From: Angustibacter luteus
Lineage (GTDB): Bacteria; Actinomycetota; Actinomycetes; Actinomycetales; Angustibacteraceae
Length of the DNA: 64,000 nt
Reading direction: 5' to 3'
Assembly: GCF_039541115.1 (NCBI RefSeq)
Contig: NZ_BAABFP010000007.1
Span: forward strand, 186,001-250,000
In this document: positions 11,204 through 21,600 of the stretch, in pieces
How positions within the stretch are numbered: the stretch's first letter is position 1
Layout: the number at the start of each line of letters is the position of its first letter
The notes under the pieces: model-generated
Database searches by the model: none
Told to the model about the DNA's origin: nothing
Seen by the model: the letters and a program-made list of their open reading frames with translations, nothing else
Made by a program: the position numbers and the translations under genes

Positions 11204-12406
11204 ATGGGCCGCCTGCAGCACACCGAAGGACTCACCGAGGACCAGCTCGAGCTGTTGAAGCTGGTGCGTGAGTTCGTCGACGAGCAGGTCATCCCGGTCG
11301 CGATGGAGCTGGAGCACGCGGACGAGTACCCGACAGACATCGTCGAGGGCATGAAGGAGATGGGGATCTTCGGCCTGATGATCCCCGAGGAGTACGGCGG
11401 CCTCGGCGAGTCCCTGCTCACCTACGCGCTGGTGGTCGAGGAGATCGCCCGCGGCTGGATGAGCGTGAGCGGCATCATCAACACGCACTTCATCGTGGCG
11501 CACATGCTGATCCAGCACGGCACCGACGAGCAGAAGCAGCGCTACCTGCCCCGGATGGCGACCGGCGAGGTGCGCGGCGCCTTCTCGATGAGCGAGCCCG
11601 GCTGCGGCAGCGACGTCAGCGGTATCAAGACCAAGGCCGTGCGGGACGGCGACAGCGCGGACTGGACGATCAACGGCCAGAAGATGTGGCTCACCAACGG
11701 CGGCAGCGCCAACCTGGTCGCGGTGCTCACCAAGACGGACACGGGCGCGGACTCGGTCTACAAGAACATGACGACGTTCCTCGTCGAGAAGGAGCCGGGC
11801 TTCGGCGAGACCGCGCCCGGCCTCACCGTGCCGGGCAAGATCGAGAAGATGGGCTACAAGGGCGTCGACACCACCGAGCTCGTCTTCGACGGGTACCGGA
11901 CGACGTCCGAGCAGGTCCTCGGCGGGGAGCCCGGGCAGGGCTTCTACCAGATGATGGACGGCGTCGAGGTCGGGCGCGTCAACGTGGCCGCCCGCGCGTG
12001 CGGCGTGGCGATGCGGGCCTTCGAGCTGGGCACGGCCTACGCCCAGCAGCGCGAGACGTTCGGCAAGAAGATCGCCGAGCACCAGGCGGTCCTGTTCCGG
12101 ATCGCGGAGATGGCCACCAAGGTCGAGGCCGCGCACCAGATGATGGTGATGGCTGCGCGGACCAAGGACGCCGGGGAGCGCAACGACCTCGAGGCCGGCA
12201 TGGCCAAGTACCTGGCGAGCGAGTACTGCTCCCAGGTCGTCGAGGACTCGTTCCGCATCCACGGCGGCTACGGCTACTCCAAGGAGTACGAGATCGAGCG
12301 CCTCTACCGCGAGGCCCCGATGCTGCTGATCGGCGAGGGCACCGCGGACATCCAGCGGATGATCATCGGGCGCCGGCTGCTGGAGGAGTACCGGTTCAAG
12401 GGATGA
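11204..12406 (+). CDS. Acyl-CoA dehydrogenase
   Basis: IPEEYGG, FSMSEPGCGSD, NGQKMWLTNG, RETFGKKI, IHGGYGY, IGEGT. Confidence 0.95.
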   Translation: MGRLQHTEGLTEDQLELLKLVREFVDEQVIPVAMELEHADEYPTDIVEGMKEMGIFGLMIPEEYGGLGESLLTYALVVEEIARGWMSVSGIINTHFIVAHMLIQHGTDEQKQRYLPRMATGEVRGAFSMSEPGCGSDVSGIKTKAVRDGDSADWTINGQKMWLTNGGSANLVAVLTKTDTGADSVYKNMTTFLVEKEPGFGETAPGLTVPGKIEKMGYKGVDTTELVFDGYRTTSEQVLGGEPGQGFYQMMDGVEVGRVNVAARACGVAMRAFELGTAYAQQRETFGKKIAEHQAVLFRIAEMATKVEAAHQMMVMAARTKDAGERNDLEAGMAKYLASEYCSQVVEDSFRIHGGYGYSKEYEIERLYREAPMLLIGEGTADIQRMIIGRRLLEEYRFKG

Positions 12407-12442
12407 GAGGCTGAGGGTCTGCCCAACGGGAGGAACACGAAG

Positions 12443-12946
12443 ATGGCTGCACCGACGCCGCGTGGCGTTCGCCCCTCGATCGCCCTGGAGTTCCCGCAGT
12501 CGCTCGGTGTCTTCGACAAGTACGAGGACGCCCAGCGCACCGTGGACTACCTGTCGGACCAGCAGTTCGCCGTCCAGAACGTGATGATCGTGGGTACCGA
12601 CCTGCGCCAGGTGGAGCGGATCACCGGGCGGCTGACCTACGCCCGGGCCGCGATGGCCGGCGCGGCGTCGGGTGCCTGGTTCGGCCTGCTCATCGGGATC
12701 CTGCTGAGCCTTTTCAGCACCGGCAGCGATGCCTGGTCGGCGATCTTGACGGGGCTGCTCATCGGGTTGGCGTTCGGCATCGCGTTCGGCCTCGCCGGGT
12801 ACGCCGCGACCGGTGGGCGCCGGGACTTCACCTCGGTGTCCCAGGTCGTGGCGACCCGCTACGAGGTGCTGGTCGAGCACAAGCTGCTGCTGGAGGCCCA
12901 GCAGGTTCTGCAAGGGATGCCGAACCGCCCCCAGCAACCCCTCTGA
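12443..12946 (+). CDS. General stress protein (YflT-like) membrane protein
   Basis: AQRTVDYLSD..F.V..V.IVG.DL, GAWFGLLIG, RDFTSVSQVVATRYEV. Confidence 0.8.
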   Translation: MAAPTPRGVRPSIALEFPQSLGVFDKYEDAQRTVDYLSDQQFAVQNVMIVGTDLRQVERITGRLTYARAAMAGAASGAWFGLLIGILLSLFSTGSDAWSAILTGLLIGLAFGIAFGLAGYAATGGRRDFTSVSQVVATRYEVLVEHKLLLEAQQVLQGMPNRPQQPL

Positions 12947-12950
12947 GGTT

Positions 12951-13337
12951 CTAGCTCTCGATCCACAGGCAGAACGGGTGCCCGACCGGGTCGAGGCAGA
13001 CCCGGACGTCGTCCTGGGGCTGGAACTCCGCCAGCGTCGCGCCGCAGGCGAGCGCGTGCTCGGCGGCGCCGTCCAGGTCGTCGACCTGGACCTCCAGGTG
13101 CAGCTGCATCTGCTGCTGACCCGGTCCGGCCGGCCACACCGGTGCCACGAACGGGTCCTCGTACTGGCAGGAGATCGACACCCCGCCACCCGGGGGGCGC
13201 ACGACGGCCCAGGTCGGGTCGGCGGACTCCTCGTCGACCCGCCAACCGAGCAGCGCGGCGTAGAACCGGGCCAGTGCCAGGGGGTCGGGCGCGCCGATGT
13301 TGACCGTGCTCAGCCGGATCCCGTGCGGCGCGCTCAC
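12951..13337 (-). CDS. VOC/glyoxalase family protein
   Basis: LARFYAALLGW, QMQLHLEV, DPVGHPFCL. Confidence 0.88.
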   Translation of the reverse strand: MSAPHGIRLSTVNIGAPDPLALARFYAALLGWRVDEESADPTWAVVRPPGGGVSISCQYEDPFVAPVWPAGPGQQQMQLHLEVQVDDLDGAAEHALACGATLAEFQPQDDVRVCLDPVGHPFCLWIES

Positions 13338-13507
13338 GGCAGGCCGGGCGCCGGGTCGGGGTCCGGGAAGCCCGGCATGGGCTCGTCCGGGATCGGCAGG
13401 GGTGGCTCGGTCGGCCCCGGCCCGGGGATGGGGGTGGGTGGCTCCACCGGCCCGGGCTCGGGCAGCGGCGTCGGGGGCGTCGGCGGCACAGGCGTGGGTT
13501 CGGTCAT
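13334..13507 (-). CDS. Putative 57-aa proline-rich micropeptide
   Basis: ATG preceded by GGGGAG; its stop overlaps the VOC GTG (GTGA); fills the intergenic gap; 27/57 residues Pro. Confidence 0.55.
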   Translation of the reverse strand: MTEPTPVPPTPPTPLPEPGPVEPPTPIPGPGPTEPPLPIPDEPMPGFPDPDPAPGLP

Positions 13508-13566
13508 CTCCCCACGATCCACCGCCTGGGCCGGAGGTGCCACCGCAGCCCCTCTGGGCCGCGAGG

Positions 13567-14178
13567 TCAGCTCACCTGGAAGGCCGCTCGCGACAGGCTG
13601 AACGCGTGGCCGGACGAGCCGTCGCGGCAGCTGATGCCGTCCTTGCTGCTCCGGCAGGTGAAGTCCCCCCGCGTGACCGCCTTGCCGTACTTCAGGGCGG
13701 ACCCGCCGTCCACCGCGTCGCTGGCGCAGGTCACGGACGCGCGCGCGCCGTCCACGAACAGGCCGGTGCCCCAGTCGGCCTGGCAGTCACCGGGCCGCGC
13801 GCCGGGTGCCCAGGTCTTGTCACCGATGTCGCAGCGCGCTCCGGCGGAGCTGAGGGCGCAGCGGATGTTGCCGCTCGGCGAGGAGAACTGCACGAGGTCC
13901 CCGGCGGGCTCCGGCGGGGTGGACGCGGCTGCCGGGCCCGCCGACGAGGGCGTGCTGACGTCACCGCCCTCCGTGGTCGGGGCGGCGCTGTCGGTGCTGG
14001 GGCGCGGTCCGGCCGCGGTCGTCGCCGCGCCGCCAGGCTGCCCGTCGGCCGGGGCGAACAGGCCCTTGAGCCCGAACACCAACCCACCCACGCAGAGCAC
14101 ACCCAGGACGGCGACGGCCACCACGGTGGCCGTGCGCCGGTTGTCCCGGGGGACGTCGGGCAGCGGGGGCAGGCTCAT
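13567..14178 (-). CDS. Membrane-anchored secreted protein (LppI/DUF6636-like Cys-rich domain)
   Basis: N-terminal TM, S/T/P/A linker, FSSPSGNIRC...ARCDI...GDFTCRS...GISC. Confidence 0.75.
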   Translation of the reverse strand: MSLPPLPDVPRDNRRTATVVAVAVLGVLCVGGLVFGLKGLFAPADGQPGGAATTAAGPRPSTDSAAPTTEGGDVSTPSSAGPAAASTPPEPAGDLVQFSSPSGNIRCALSSAGARCDIGDKTWAPGARPGDCQADWGTGLFVDGARASVTCASDAVDGGSALKYGKAVTRGDFTCRSSKDGISCRDGSSGHAFSLSRAAFQVS

Positions 14179-14188
14179 CGCGAGGGCC

Positions 14189-15673
14189 TCACGAGCGCAG
14201 GGACGACATCCACTGCTCGACGTCGTCGGGGGTGCGGGGCAGGGCCGCCGAGAGGTTCTCGTAGCCCGTCTCGGTGACCAGGACGTCGTCCTCGATCCGG
14301 ACGCCGACGCCGCGCAGCTCGTCCGGCACCAGCTCGTCGTCGGCCTTGAAGTAGATCCCCGGTTCGACCGTGAGAACCATGCCGGGCTTGAGCTCGGCCT
14401 CCATGTACTGCTCGCGTCGGGCCTGCGCGCAGTCGTGGACGTCGATGCCGAGGTGGTGGCTGGTGCCGTGCACCATCCAGCGGCGGTGGTGACCGCCCTC
14501 GTCGCTGAGCGTGGTCTCGACGTCCACCGGCAGCAGACCCCACTCGTGCAGCCGCTCGGCGACGACCTTGATCGCCGCCTCGTGGATGTCCTTGAAGGCG
14601 GCGCCGGGCTTGATGGCGGCCATGCCGGCCTCCTGCGCGTCCAGCACGGCCTGGTAGACCTTGCGCTGGGCCTCGCTGAAGGTGCCGTCGACCGGCAGGG
14701 TGCGGGTGACGTCGGCGGTGTAGAGCGACTCGACCTCGACGCCGGCGTCGACCAGCAGCAGGTCGCCGTCACGGATGTCACCGTCGTTGCGGATCCAGTG
14801 CAGCGTGCAGGCGTGGTCGCCGGCCGCGACGATCGACTCGTAGCCGACCCCGTTGCCGGAGTGCCGCGCCACCAGCCCGAACTGGCCCTCGACCCAGCGC
14901 TCGCCGCGGCCCTTGCCGACGGCATCCGCCAGGCTGCGGACGACGGCCTCGAAGCCCTCGGCGGTGGCCGCGCAGGCGAGCCGCATCTGGGCGACCTCCC
15001 ACTCGTCCTTGGTCAGCCGGAGCTCGGACAGGAACTGCAGCAGCGCCTCGTCCAGGGCCTGGTCGGCCTCGAGCTCGCGCTCGGCCGACTGGGTACGGGC
15101 CTCGTCCAGCACCGCGGTGAGCTCGGCGTCCGCGCCGCGCACGATCCGGACGACGACGTCCCCGAGGTCCTTCTTGATGGCCTCCGGCAGCTCGTCGAGG
15201 TGGCGGGCGGCGATGGCCAGCTCGGCCTCGACCTCCTCCAGGCTCGGGCGGACGCCGACCCAGAGCTCGCCGTACCTGGCGTCGGAGTAGAACTCCTCGG
15301 TGTCCCGACCGGCCCGCGGTCGGAAGTAGAGGATGGCCTCGTGGCCGCCGCCGTCCTTCGGCTCCAGCACCAGGACCGAGTCGGGCTCGCGGTCGGCGCC
15401 GAGGCCGGTGAGGTGGGCGAACGCCGAGTGCGGCCGGAAGATGTAGTCGGTGTCGTTGCTGCGCACCTTCAGCCCGCCGGCCGGGATCACGATGCGCTCG
15501 CCCGGGAACGCCGCGGACACGGCGTCGCGTCGGGCGGCGGCGTAGGGCGCGACCTCGGCCTGCTGCGGCAGGTCGCTCGGTCGGGCCGCCCAACCCTTCG
15601 CGATGAACGCCTTGAACGCCTCGGACGTCGGGCGGGAACGGTGGTCGGTCTTCTTCGGCTGCTCTTCGCTCAC
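14189..15673 (-). CDS. pepP: Xaa-Pro aminopeptidase (aminopeptidase P, M24B)
   Basis: RSNDTDYIFRP, ACTLHW, LLVDAG, YTADVTRT, HHLGIDVHD, TVEPGIY, GVRIEDD. Confidence 0.93.
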   Translation of the reverse strand: MSEEQPKKTDHRSRPTSEAFKAFIAKGWAARPSDLPQQAEVAPYAAARRDAVSAAFPGERIVIPAGGLKVRSNDTDYIFRPHSAFAHLTGLGADREPDSVLVLEPKDGGGHEAILYFRPRAGRDTEEFYSDARYGELWVGVRPSLEEVEAELAIAARHLDELPEAIKKDLGDVVVRIVRGADAELTAVLDEARTQSAERELEADQALDEALLQFLSELRLTKDEWEVAQMRLACAATAEGFEAVVRSLADAVGKGRGERWVEGQFGLVARHSGNGVGYESIVAAGDHACTLHWIRNDGDIRDGDLLLVDAGVEVESLYTADVTRTLPVDGTFSEAQRKVYQAVLDAQEAGMAAIKPGAAFKDIHEAAIKVVAERLHEWGLLPVDVETTLSDEGGHHRRWMVHGTSHHLGIDVHDCAQARREQYMEAELKPGMVLTVEPGIYFKADDELVPDELRGVGVRIEDDVLVTETGYENLSAALPRTPDDVEQWMSSLRS

Positions 15674-15792
15674 CGGGACATGCTCTCACTGACCGCTGGC
15701 CGGGCGTGAATTCGGCCTCGACGTACCTCGACCGGCCGAGCGCTCGGTGAAATGCCTTTGGTCGGCGCTGGCGCGTCCTCGATGCTTCGTTC

Positions 15793-16413
15793 GTGATCTC
15801 TGCGCTGGGTGCCGGCCTGCTGGCGGGGTTGGGCATCGCCGTGCCCGTCGGCGCGGTCGGCGTGTACCTGGTGACGCTGGCGGCGCACCGCTCCGTGCGG
15901 GTCGCGGCGTGTGCGGCTCTCGGGGTGGCCTCCGCCGACCTGGTCTACGCGGTGCTGGCGGTGCTGGGTGGGCAGGCGGTGGCGTCGCTCGCGGAGTCGG
16001 TCGCCGAGCCGTTGCGCTGGGTCGCGGTCGTGGCGTTGCTGCTGGTCGGGGCGAAGATGGCGGTGGACGCGGTGCGTCACAGCCGGGCGATCGCCGAGGG
16101 GGTGCACGCGCCGAGCGACCCGTCGGCGCTGCGGGCGTACGTCTCGCTGCTGGGTCTGACGTTGGCCAACCCGGCGACGATCGTGTACTTCGTGGCGCTG
16201 GTGACCGGGAACCGGGCCGGGTCGGGTGCCACCGGCGGCGGGGCGGCGTTCGTCCTGGGGGTGTTCGTCGCGTCGGCGTCGTGGCAGCTGACGCTGGTGA
16301 CCGGGGGACGACTGCTGGCCCGGGTGGCCACGAGTGCGCGGGGGCGGCTGGTCACCGGGTTGGCTGGTAGCGGCCTGGTGATCGGCCTGGCCGTCTGGAC
16401 GGCCGTGGGTTGA
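15793..16413 (+). CDS. LysE family translocator
   Basis: GIAVPVGAVG, ALGVASADLVY, LTLANPATIVYF. Confidence 0.88.
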   Translation: MISALGAGLLAGLGIAVPVGAVGVYLVTLAAHRSVRVAACAALGVASADLVYAVLAVLGGQAVASLAESVAEPLRWVAVVALLLVGAKMAVDAVRHSRAIAEGVHAPSDPSALRAYVSLLGLTLANPATIVYFVALVTGNRAGSGATGGGAAFVLGVFVASASWQLTLVTGGRLLARVATSARGRLVTGLAGSGLVIGLAVWTAVG

Positions 16414-16423
16414 CCCATTCGAC

Positions 16424-16433
16424 CTGTGGATGA
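16424..16433 (+). promoter_or_regulatory. DnaA-box-like motif CTGTGGATGA upstream of the HNH gene
   Basis: TGTGGATGA is the reverse complement of TCATCCACA (1 mismatch to TTATCCACA); ends 39 nt before GTG 16473. Confidence 0.5.
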
Positions 16434-16459
16434 CCCCGGTCGCCTCGCCCGATCTGTCC

Positions 16460-16480
16460 TAGAATAGAACACGTGTTCGA
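16460..16480 (+). promoter_or_regulatory. -10 element TAGAAT with overlapping LexA (SOS) box TAGAACACGTGTTCGA
   Basis: Matches actinobacterial consensus TCGAAC-N4-GTTCGA with 1 mismatch (16465-16480) and overlaps the start codon. Confidence 0.8.
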
Positions 16481-17960
16481 GACCTCCCTGCGCGAGCGAC
16501 GCGCCCCCGCCGGGTCGGGTGCTGCCGACCCCGTCGGTGCCGCCGAGGCCGAGGCGTGGCTGTGGGCGCTGGGTCGCGGGCTCACCGACCCGCTGGCTGC
16601 GACCCGCGCCGTCGAGGACGCGGTGACGGACCTGCCCGGCGACCAGCTCGCGACGTTCCTGGTCGCCCTCCCGCCCACTGCCGGGGTGGACGGCTGGACG
16701 GTGGTGGAGGCGATCAAGGGCTACGAGAAGGTCCTGCGGTGGGCTGCTGCGCAGCAGCTGCGGTGGATCGCCGAGCTCGCCCAGCGACGGCAGGACGGGC
16801 GCTCGCGATGGTCCCGGGGAGATGCGGCGAACCAGGACGACCCGAGCGAGGGGACGCCGGCCGAGCGGCTGATGGGCCGGGTCGGCCACGACGCCGCGGT
16901 CGAGATCGCGTTCGCGCTGGGTGAGTCCACCCGGGTCGGCAAGGACCTCCTCCACCAGGCGCTGAGCCTGACGGAACGCCTGCCGCAGACGCTGGCGGCG
17001 CTCGCCAGCGGGGACGTCTCTCGCCGAGTCGCGGCGGTCGTGGCCGACGAGACCTCGGTGCTGGACGACGCCGTGGTGCAGCGGCTCGACGGAGCGTTGG
17101 CCGAGCGGGTGGCCGGGCGCACGGCGCCCGAGGCCCGGGCCAGCGTGCGTCGGGCGGTGGTGGCCGCGGATCCTGGCGCCGCCCTGGAGCGCGAGGCCAA
17201 GGCCCGGCGCCAGCGGTGCTTCGAGGTGGACCGGCAGGTCGTCGACGGCATGGGGACGTTCGGCGGCTTCGCACCGATCGAGGACGTGATCGCCATCGAC
17301 GCGAGGGTGCGCGGGCTGGCCGACCGGGCGCGCACCCCCGATGACGACCGCTCGGCCGCCGCGCGCCGGATGGATGTCGTCACCGACCTGTTGCTGGGCC
17401 GCGTCGTGCCATCGGCCGCTTCTGCGCCCGGCGCGGCGGCCGATCCCGAAGGCCGCCCGTGGGCCGTGGACGTCGTGGTGTCGCTGAGCACCCTGCGCGG
17501 CCTGGACGACGAGCCGGGGGAGCTGCGCGGCTACGGACCGATCACGGCCGGCACGGCTCGCGAGCTGGCCGGCGCCGGGGTCTGGCGGCGGCTGCTGACC
17601 GACCCGGTCTCGGGGGTGGTCACGGACGTCGGGACGCAGCGGTACCGTCCGCCGCCCGGCCTGGCGGATCTGGTGCGTGCCAGGGATCGCGTGTGCCACG
17701 CACCGGGTTGTCGTCAGCCGGCCGCGCGCTGCGACCTCGACCACGTGCTGGACTCGCCAGCCGGTCCGTCACCTCGACCGCACCGGGACGGCGCGACCGC
17801 GGACTGGAACCTCGGCGCTCTCTGCCGCACCCACCACACCTGCAAGTCCCGGCCGGACTGGCAGGTCAGGTCGCCGAGCCCGGGTGCCTTCCAGTGGCGG
17901 ACGCCGACCGGTCACACGTACACGACCGACCCGAGTCCACCGCTCGAGCCGCCGTTCTGA
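16473..17960 (+). CDS. DUF222 + HNH endonuclease (REP13E12-like) protein
   Basis: RLPQTLAALASG, RRLLTDP, YRPP..L..LVRARDRVC..PGC, CDLDH, NLGALCRTHH.CK, WRTPTG. Confidence 0.9.
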   Translation: MFETSLRERRAPAGSGAADPVGAAEAEAWLWALGRGLTDPLAATRAVEDAVTDLPGDQLATFLVALPPTAGVDGWTVVEAIKGYEKVLRWAAAQQLRWIAELAQRRQDGRSRWSRGDAANQDDPSEGTPAERLMGRVGHDAAVEIAFALGESTRVGKDLLHQALSLTERLPQTLAALASGDVSRRVAAVVADETSVLDDAVVQRLDGALAERVAGRTAPEARASVRRAVVAADPGAALEREAKARRQRCFEVDRQVVDGMGTFGGFAPIEDVIAIDARVRGLADRARTPDDDRSAAARRMDVVTDLLLGRVVPSAASAPGAAADPEGRPWAVDVVVSLSTLRGLDDEPGELRGYGPITAGTARELAGAGVWRRLLTDPVSGVVTDVGTQRYRPPPGLADLVRARDRVCHAPGCRQPAARCDLDHVLDSPAGPSPRPHRDGATADWNLGALCRTHHTCKSRPDWQVRSPSPGAFQWRTPTGHTYTTDPSPPLEPPF

Positions 17961-17979
17961 CGGGCCGCGCTGCTCGGGG

Positions 17980-18468
17980 TCAGGCCAGCCACCCGGTGCC
18001 CAGCTCCTGCTCCTTGGCGATGGCGGCCCGGATGGCGGGCTCGGCGGCCTTCTCGATCTTGCCCCCGACCAGGGGCACCGAGGCCTTGAGGTCGCCATCC
18101 ACCCGCTCGGCGGTGCCCGCGCCGTCCGGAGCGAGGGCGATGGTGCCGCTGAGCCGGACCGGCGCGCCCTGGATCTCGACGACCACGGTGCCCTCACGGG
18201 CGCCGTCGGCGCCAGCGGCGCCCCAGTGGTCGACCCGCATGACCTTCAGCGTGGACCCCACGAACTTGCGCACGAAGTCCGGCAGGTCGTCGGCGGGCAG
18301 CGTCCGGGTCGTGGTGATCGTCGCCCCGCCGCCAGCCTGCTCGACGTCCACGCTGTGGTCGATCGCACCGGTCGCCTCGCACACCTGCCGCTGGAAGTCC
18401 GGGTCGGTCAGCATGGCGAACACGTCGTCGGGTGCCGCGTCGTAGCGGATGTCGGCGAGGAACTTCAC
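17980..18468 (-). CDS. DUF2505 family protein (SRPBCC-like)
   Basis: YDAAPDDVFAMLTDPDF...KASVPLVGGKIEK; GGAG RBS before GTG. Confidence 0.85.
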   Translation of the reverse strand: MKFLADIRYDAAPDDVFAMLTDPDFQRQVCEATGAIDHSVDVEQAGGGATITTTRTLPADDLPDFVRKFVGSTLKVMRVDHWGAAGADGAREGTVVVEIQGAPVRLSGTIALAPDGAGTAERVDGDLKASVPLVGGKIEKAAEPAIRAAIAKEQELGTGWLA

Positions 18469-18627
18469 GTCGTCTCCCAGGTCTGCGCGTGTGCGATCGG
18501 CGTCGTGCGCGCCCACGCTACGCGACCCGGGCGCGCCCGGGTCGGCTGTGCCGCAACCACAGCGGTATCGTCGCCAGCGGCACGCAACGGCGCGTGCCCA
18601 GCGGTCACGACAGAGGTCACGGGAGTC

Positions 18628-21600
18628 ATGGCGCACTCGCCAGCAGGGTCCAGGTCGCAGGTGCTCGAGAAGGCGGCGGCGCTGGCCGATCGCTCGCAGC
18701 ACGACTCGATGCTCACCTATCTGACGCGGTACTACCGGCACGTCGCGGACGACGACCTGCTGGCCCGTCAGCCCGAGGACCTGCTCGGGGCGGCCGCCAG
18801 TCACCGGGACCTGGCTCGCAACCGTCCCGTCGGCACCGCCAAGGTGCGCGTCTTCACCCCGACCGTGGACGAGCACGGCTGGTCCAGCGGGCACACGGTC
18901 GTCGAGATCGTCACCGACGACATGCCCTTCCTCGTCGACTCGGTGCAGGCCGAGCTGGCTCGCCTCGGCCGTGCCCTGCACCTCGTGGTGCACCCGGTGA
19001 TGATCGTGCGCCGCGACGCGACCGGCGTCCTGCAGGAGCTGGTCGAGGGCGTCGCGCCCGGGGACGAGCTGCCCTACGACACCGGGCGCGAGTCCTGGAT
19101 GCACCTGGAGATCGACCGCGAGTCCGGCCAGGGCGACCTGGACGAGCTGACGACGCGGCTGCGCAGCGTGCTGGACGACGTCCGGGACGCCGTCGAGGAC
19201 TGGCAGAAGATGCGCGAGACGGCCGTCCGGCTCGCCGACGAGCTCGAGCAGGGCCCGCCCAAGGGGCTGGACGCGGACGAGGTGAAGGAGGCGCGCCGCC
19301 TGCTGACCTGGTTGTCCGAGGGCAACTTCACGTTCCTCGGCTACCGCGAGTACGCCCTGGAGACCGAGGACGGCGAAGACGCCCTGCGCGCGACGTCCGG
19401 CACCGGCCTGGGCATCCTGCGCTACGACCAGCGGGTGTCCGACAGCTTCGGCCGGCTCTCGCCCGCGGTGCGCGCCCGGGCCCGCGACCCGCGCCTGCTG
19501 ATCCTCACCAAGGCGAACTCGCGCTCCACGGTGCACCGCCCGGCCTACCTGGACTACGTGGGTGTCAAGAAGTTCGACGCCGACGGCAACGTCGTGGGCG
19601 AGCGCCGCTTCCTCGGCCTGTTCACCTCCGCGGCCTACACCTGGTCGGTGGTGCAGGTCCCGGTGATCGACTCGAAGGTGCGTCGCGTCCTGCAGCGCTC
19701 CGGCTTCTCGGCGCAGAGCCACAGCGGCAAGGACCTGCTGGAGATCCTGGAGACCTACCCGCGCGACGAGCTCTTCCAGACCGACGTCGACGACCTGTAC
19801 TTCATCGCGACCAGCGTGCTGCACCTGCAGGAGCGACGGCGCACCCGGCTGTTCCTGCGCCGTGACGAGTACGGCCGGTTCATGTCCTGCCTGGTCTACC
19901 TGCCGCGGGACCGCTACACGACGCAGATGCGCCTGCGCATGGAGGAGATCCTGCGCGAGGCGTTCGACGGCGAGAGCGTGGACTACACGACCCGCGTCTC
20001 GGAGTCGGTGCTGGCTCGGCTGCACTTCGTCGTCCGCGTCCCGCGCGGCGCCGACATCCCGAACGTGGACGTCGAGGCGCTGGAGGAGCGCCTCATCGCG
20101 GCCACCCGCACCTGGGACGAGGACTTCGCCGAGTCGCTGCGCGCCGACGTGGGCGAGGAGGACGGCGCCCGGCTGCTCGCCCTGTACGCCAAGGCCTTCC
20201 CGGAGGCGTACAAGGAGGACTTCCCGGCCCGGGTGGCGGTGGCGGACCTGCGCCACGTGGACGCCGTGGCCGGTGTGCAACCGTCCACCGACCCCCTGAT
20301 GAACCTCTACCAGGAGCCGGGCCGGCCGGCGAACGAGCGGCGCTTCAAGTTCTACCGGCGCGAGCCGCTGTCCCTGACGACGGTGCTCCCGGTGTTCAGC
20401 CACCTCGGCTGCGAGGTGGTGGACGAGCGCCCGTACGAGCTCGACCTGGCCGACGGAAGCCAGGTGCACGTCTACGACTTCGGCCTGCGCTACGCGGGCG
20501 AGCAGGTGGACGGCTGGGTGCGCGACCAGGCCGAGGTGGCCCGGCAGATGTTCCAGGACGCCTTCGCCGCGGTCTGGTCCGGTCGCGCCGAGAGCGACGG
20601 CTTCAACGGGCTGGTGCTGGCCGCCGGCCTGAGCTGGCGGCAGGCGAGCGTGCTGCGGGCCTACACCAAGTACCTGCGCCAGGCCGGGCTGACCTTCAGC
20701 CAGGAGTACGTCGAGTCCTGCCTGCTGTCCAACGTCGCCGTGGCCCGGATGCTGGTCCGGTTGTTCGAGGCGCGGTTCGACCCCGACCACCTCGGCTCGG
20801 GCCCGGAAGCCGACGCCCGGCTGGAGACCTGCGCCGCCCTGGCGGAGGAGATCGAGGGCGCGTTGGACGACGTCGCCAGCCTGGACCACGACCGGATCCT
20901 GCGGGCGCTGCTGGGTGTCGTGCAGGCGACCTTGCGCACCAGCTACTTCCAGGTCGACGACGGCGGCGAACCGCACCCGTACCTGGCCTTCAAGCTCGAC
21001 CCGCACCGGGTGCCCGACCTGCCCGAGCCGCGGCCCGCCTTCGAGATGTGGGTGTACTCGCCGCGGGTCGAGGGGGTGCACCTGCGGTTCGGCAAGGTGG
21101 CCCGCGGCGGCCTGCGGTGGAGCGACCGCCGGGAGGACTTCCGCACTGAGATCCTGGGCCTGGTCAAGGCACAGATGGTCAAGAACGCCGTCATCGTGCC
21201 GACCGGCGCCAAGGGCGGGTTCGTCGCCAAGCAGCTGCCCGACCCCAGTGACCGGGAGGCCTTCCTGGCCGAGGGCATCGCGTCGTACCGCACGTTCATC
21301 TCGGCCCTGCTGGACGTCACCGACAACCTGGCCGGCACCGGCGACGCCGCCGTCGTCGTTCCGCCGCAGCGGGTGCTGCGCTACGACGGCGACGACACGT
21401 ACCTGGTCGTCGCGGCCGACAAGGGCACCGCGACGTTCAGCGACATCGCCAACGAGGTGGCCGTCAGCTACGGCTTCTGGCTGGGCGACGCGTTCGCCTC
21501 GGGCGGCTCGGCCGGCTACGACCACAAGGCGATGGGGATCACCGCCCGCGGCGCCTGGGAGTCGGTGAAGCGGCACTTCCGCGAGCTCGACCTGGACACC

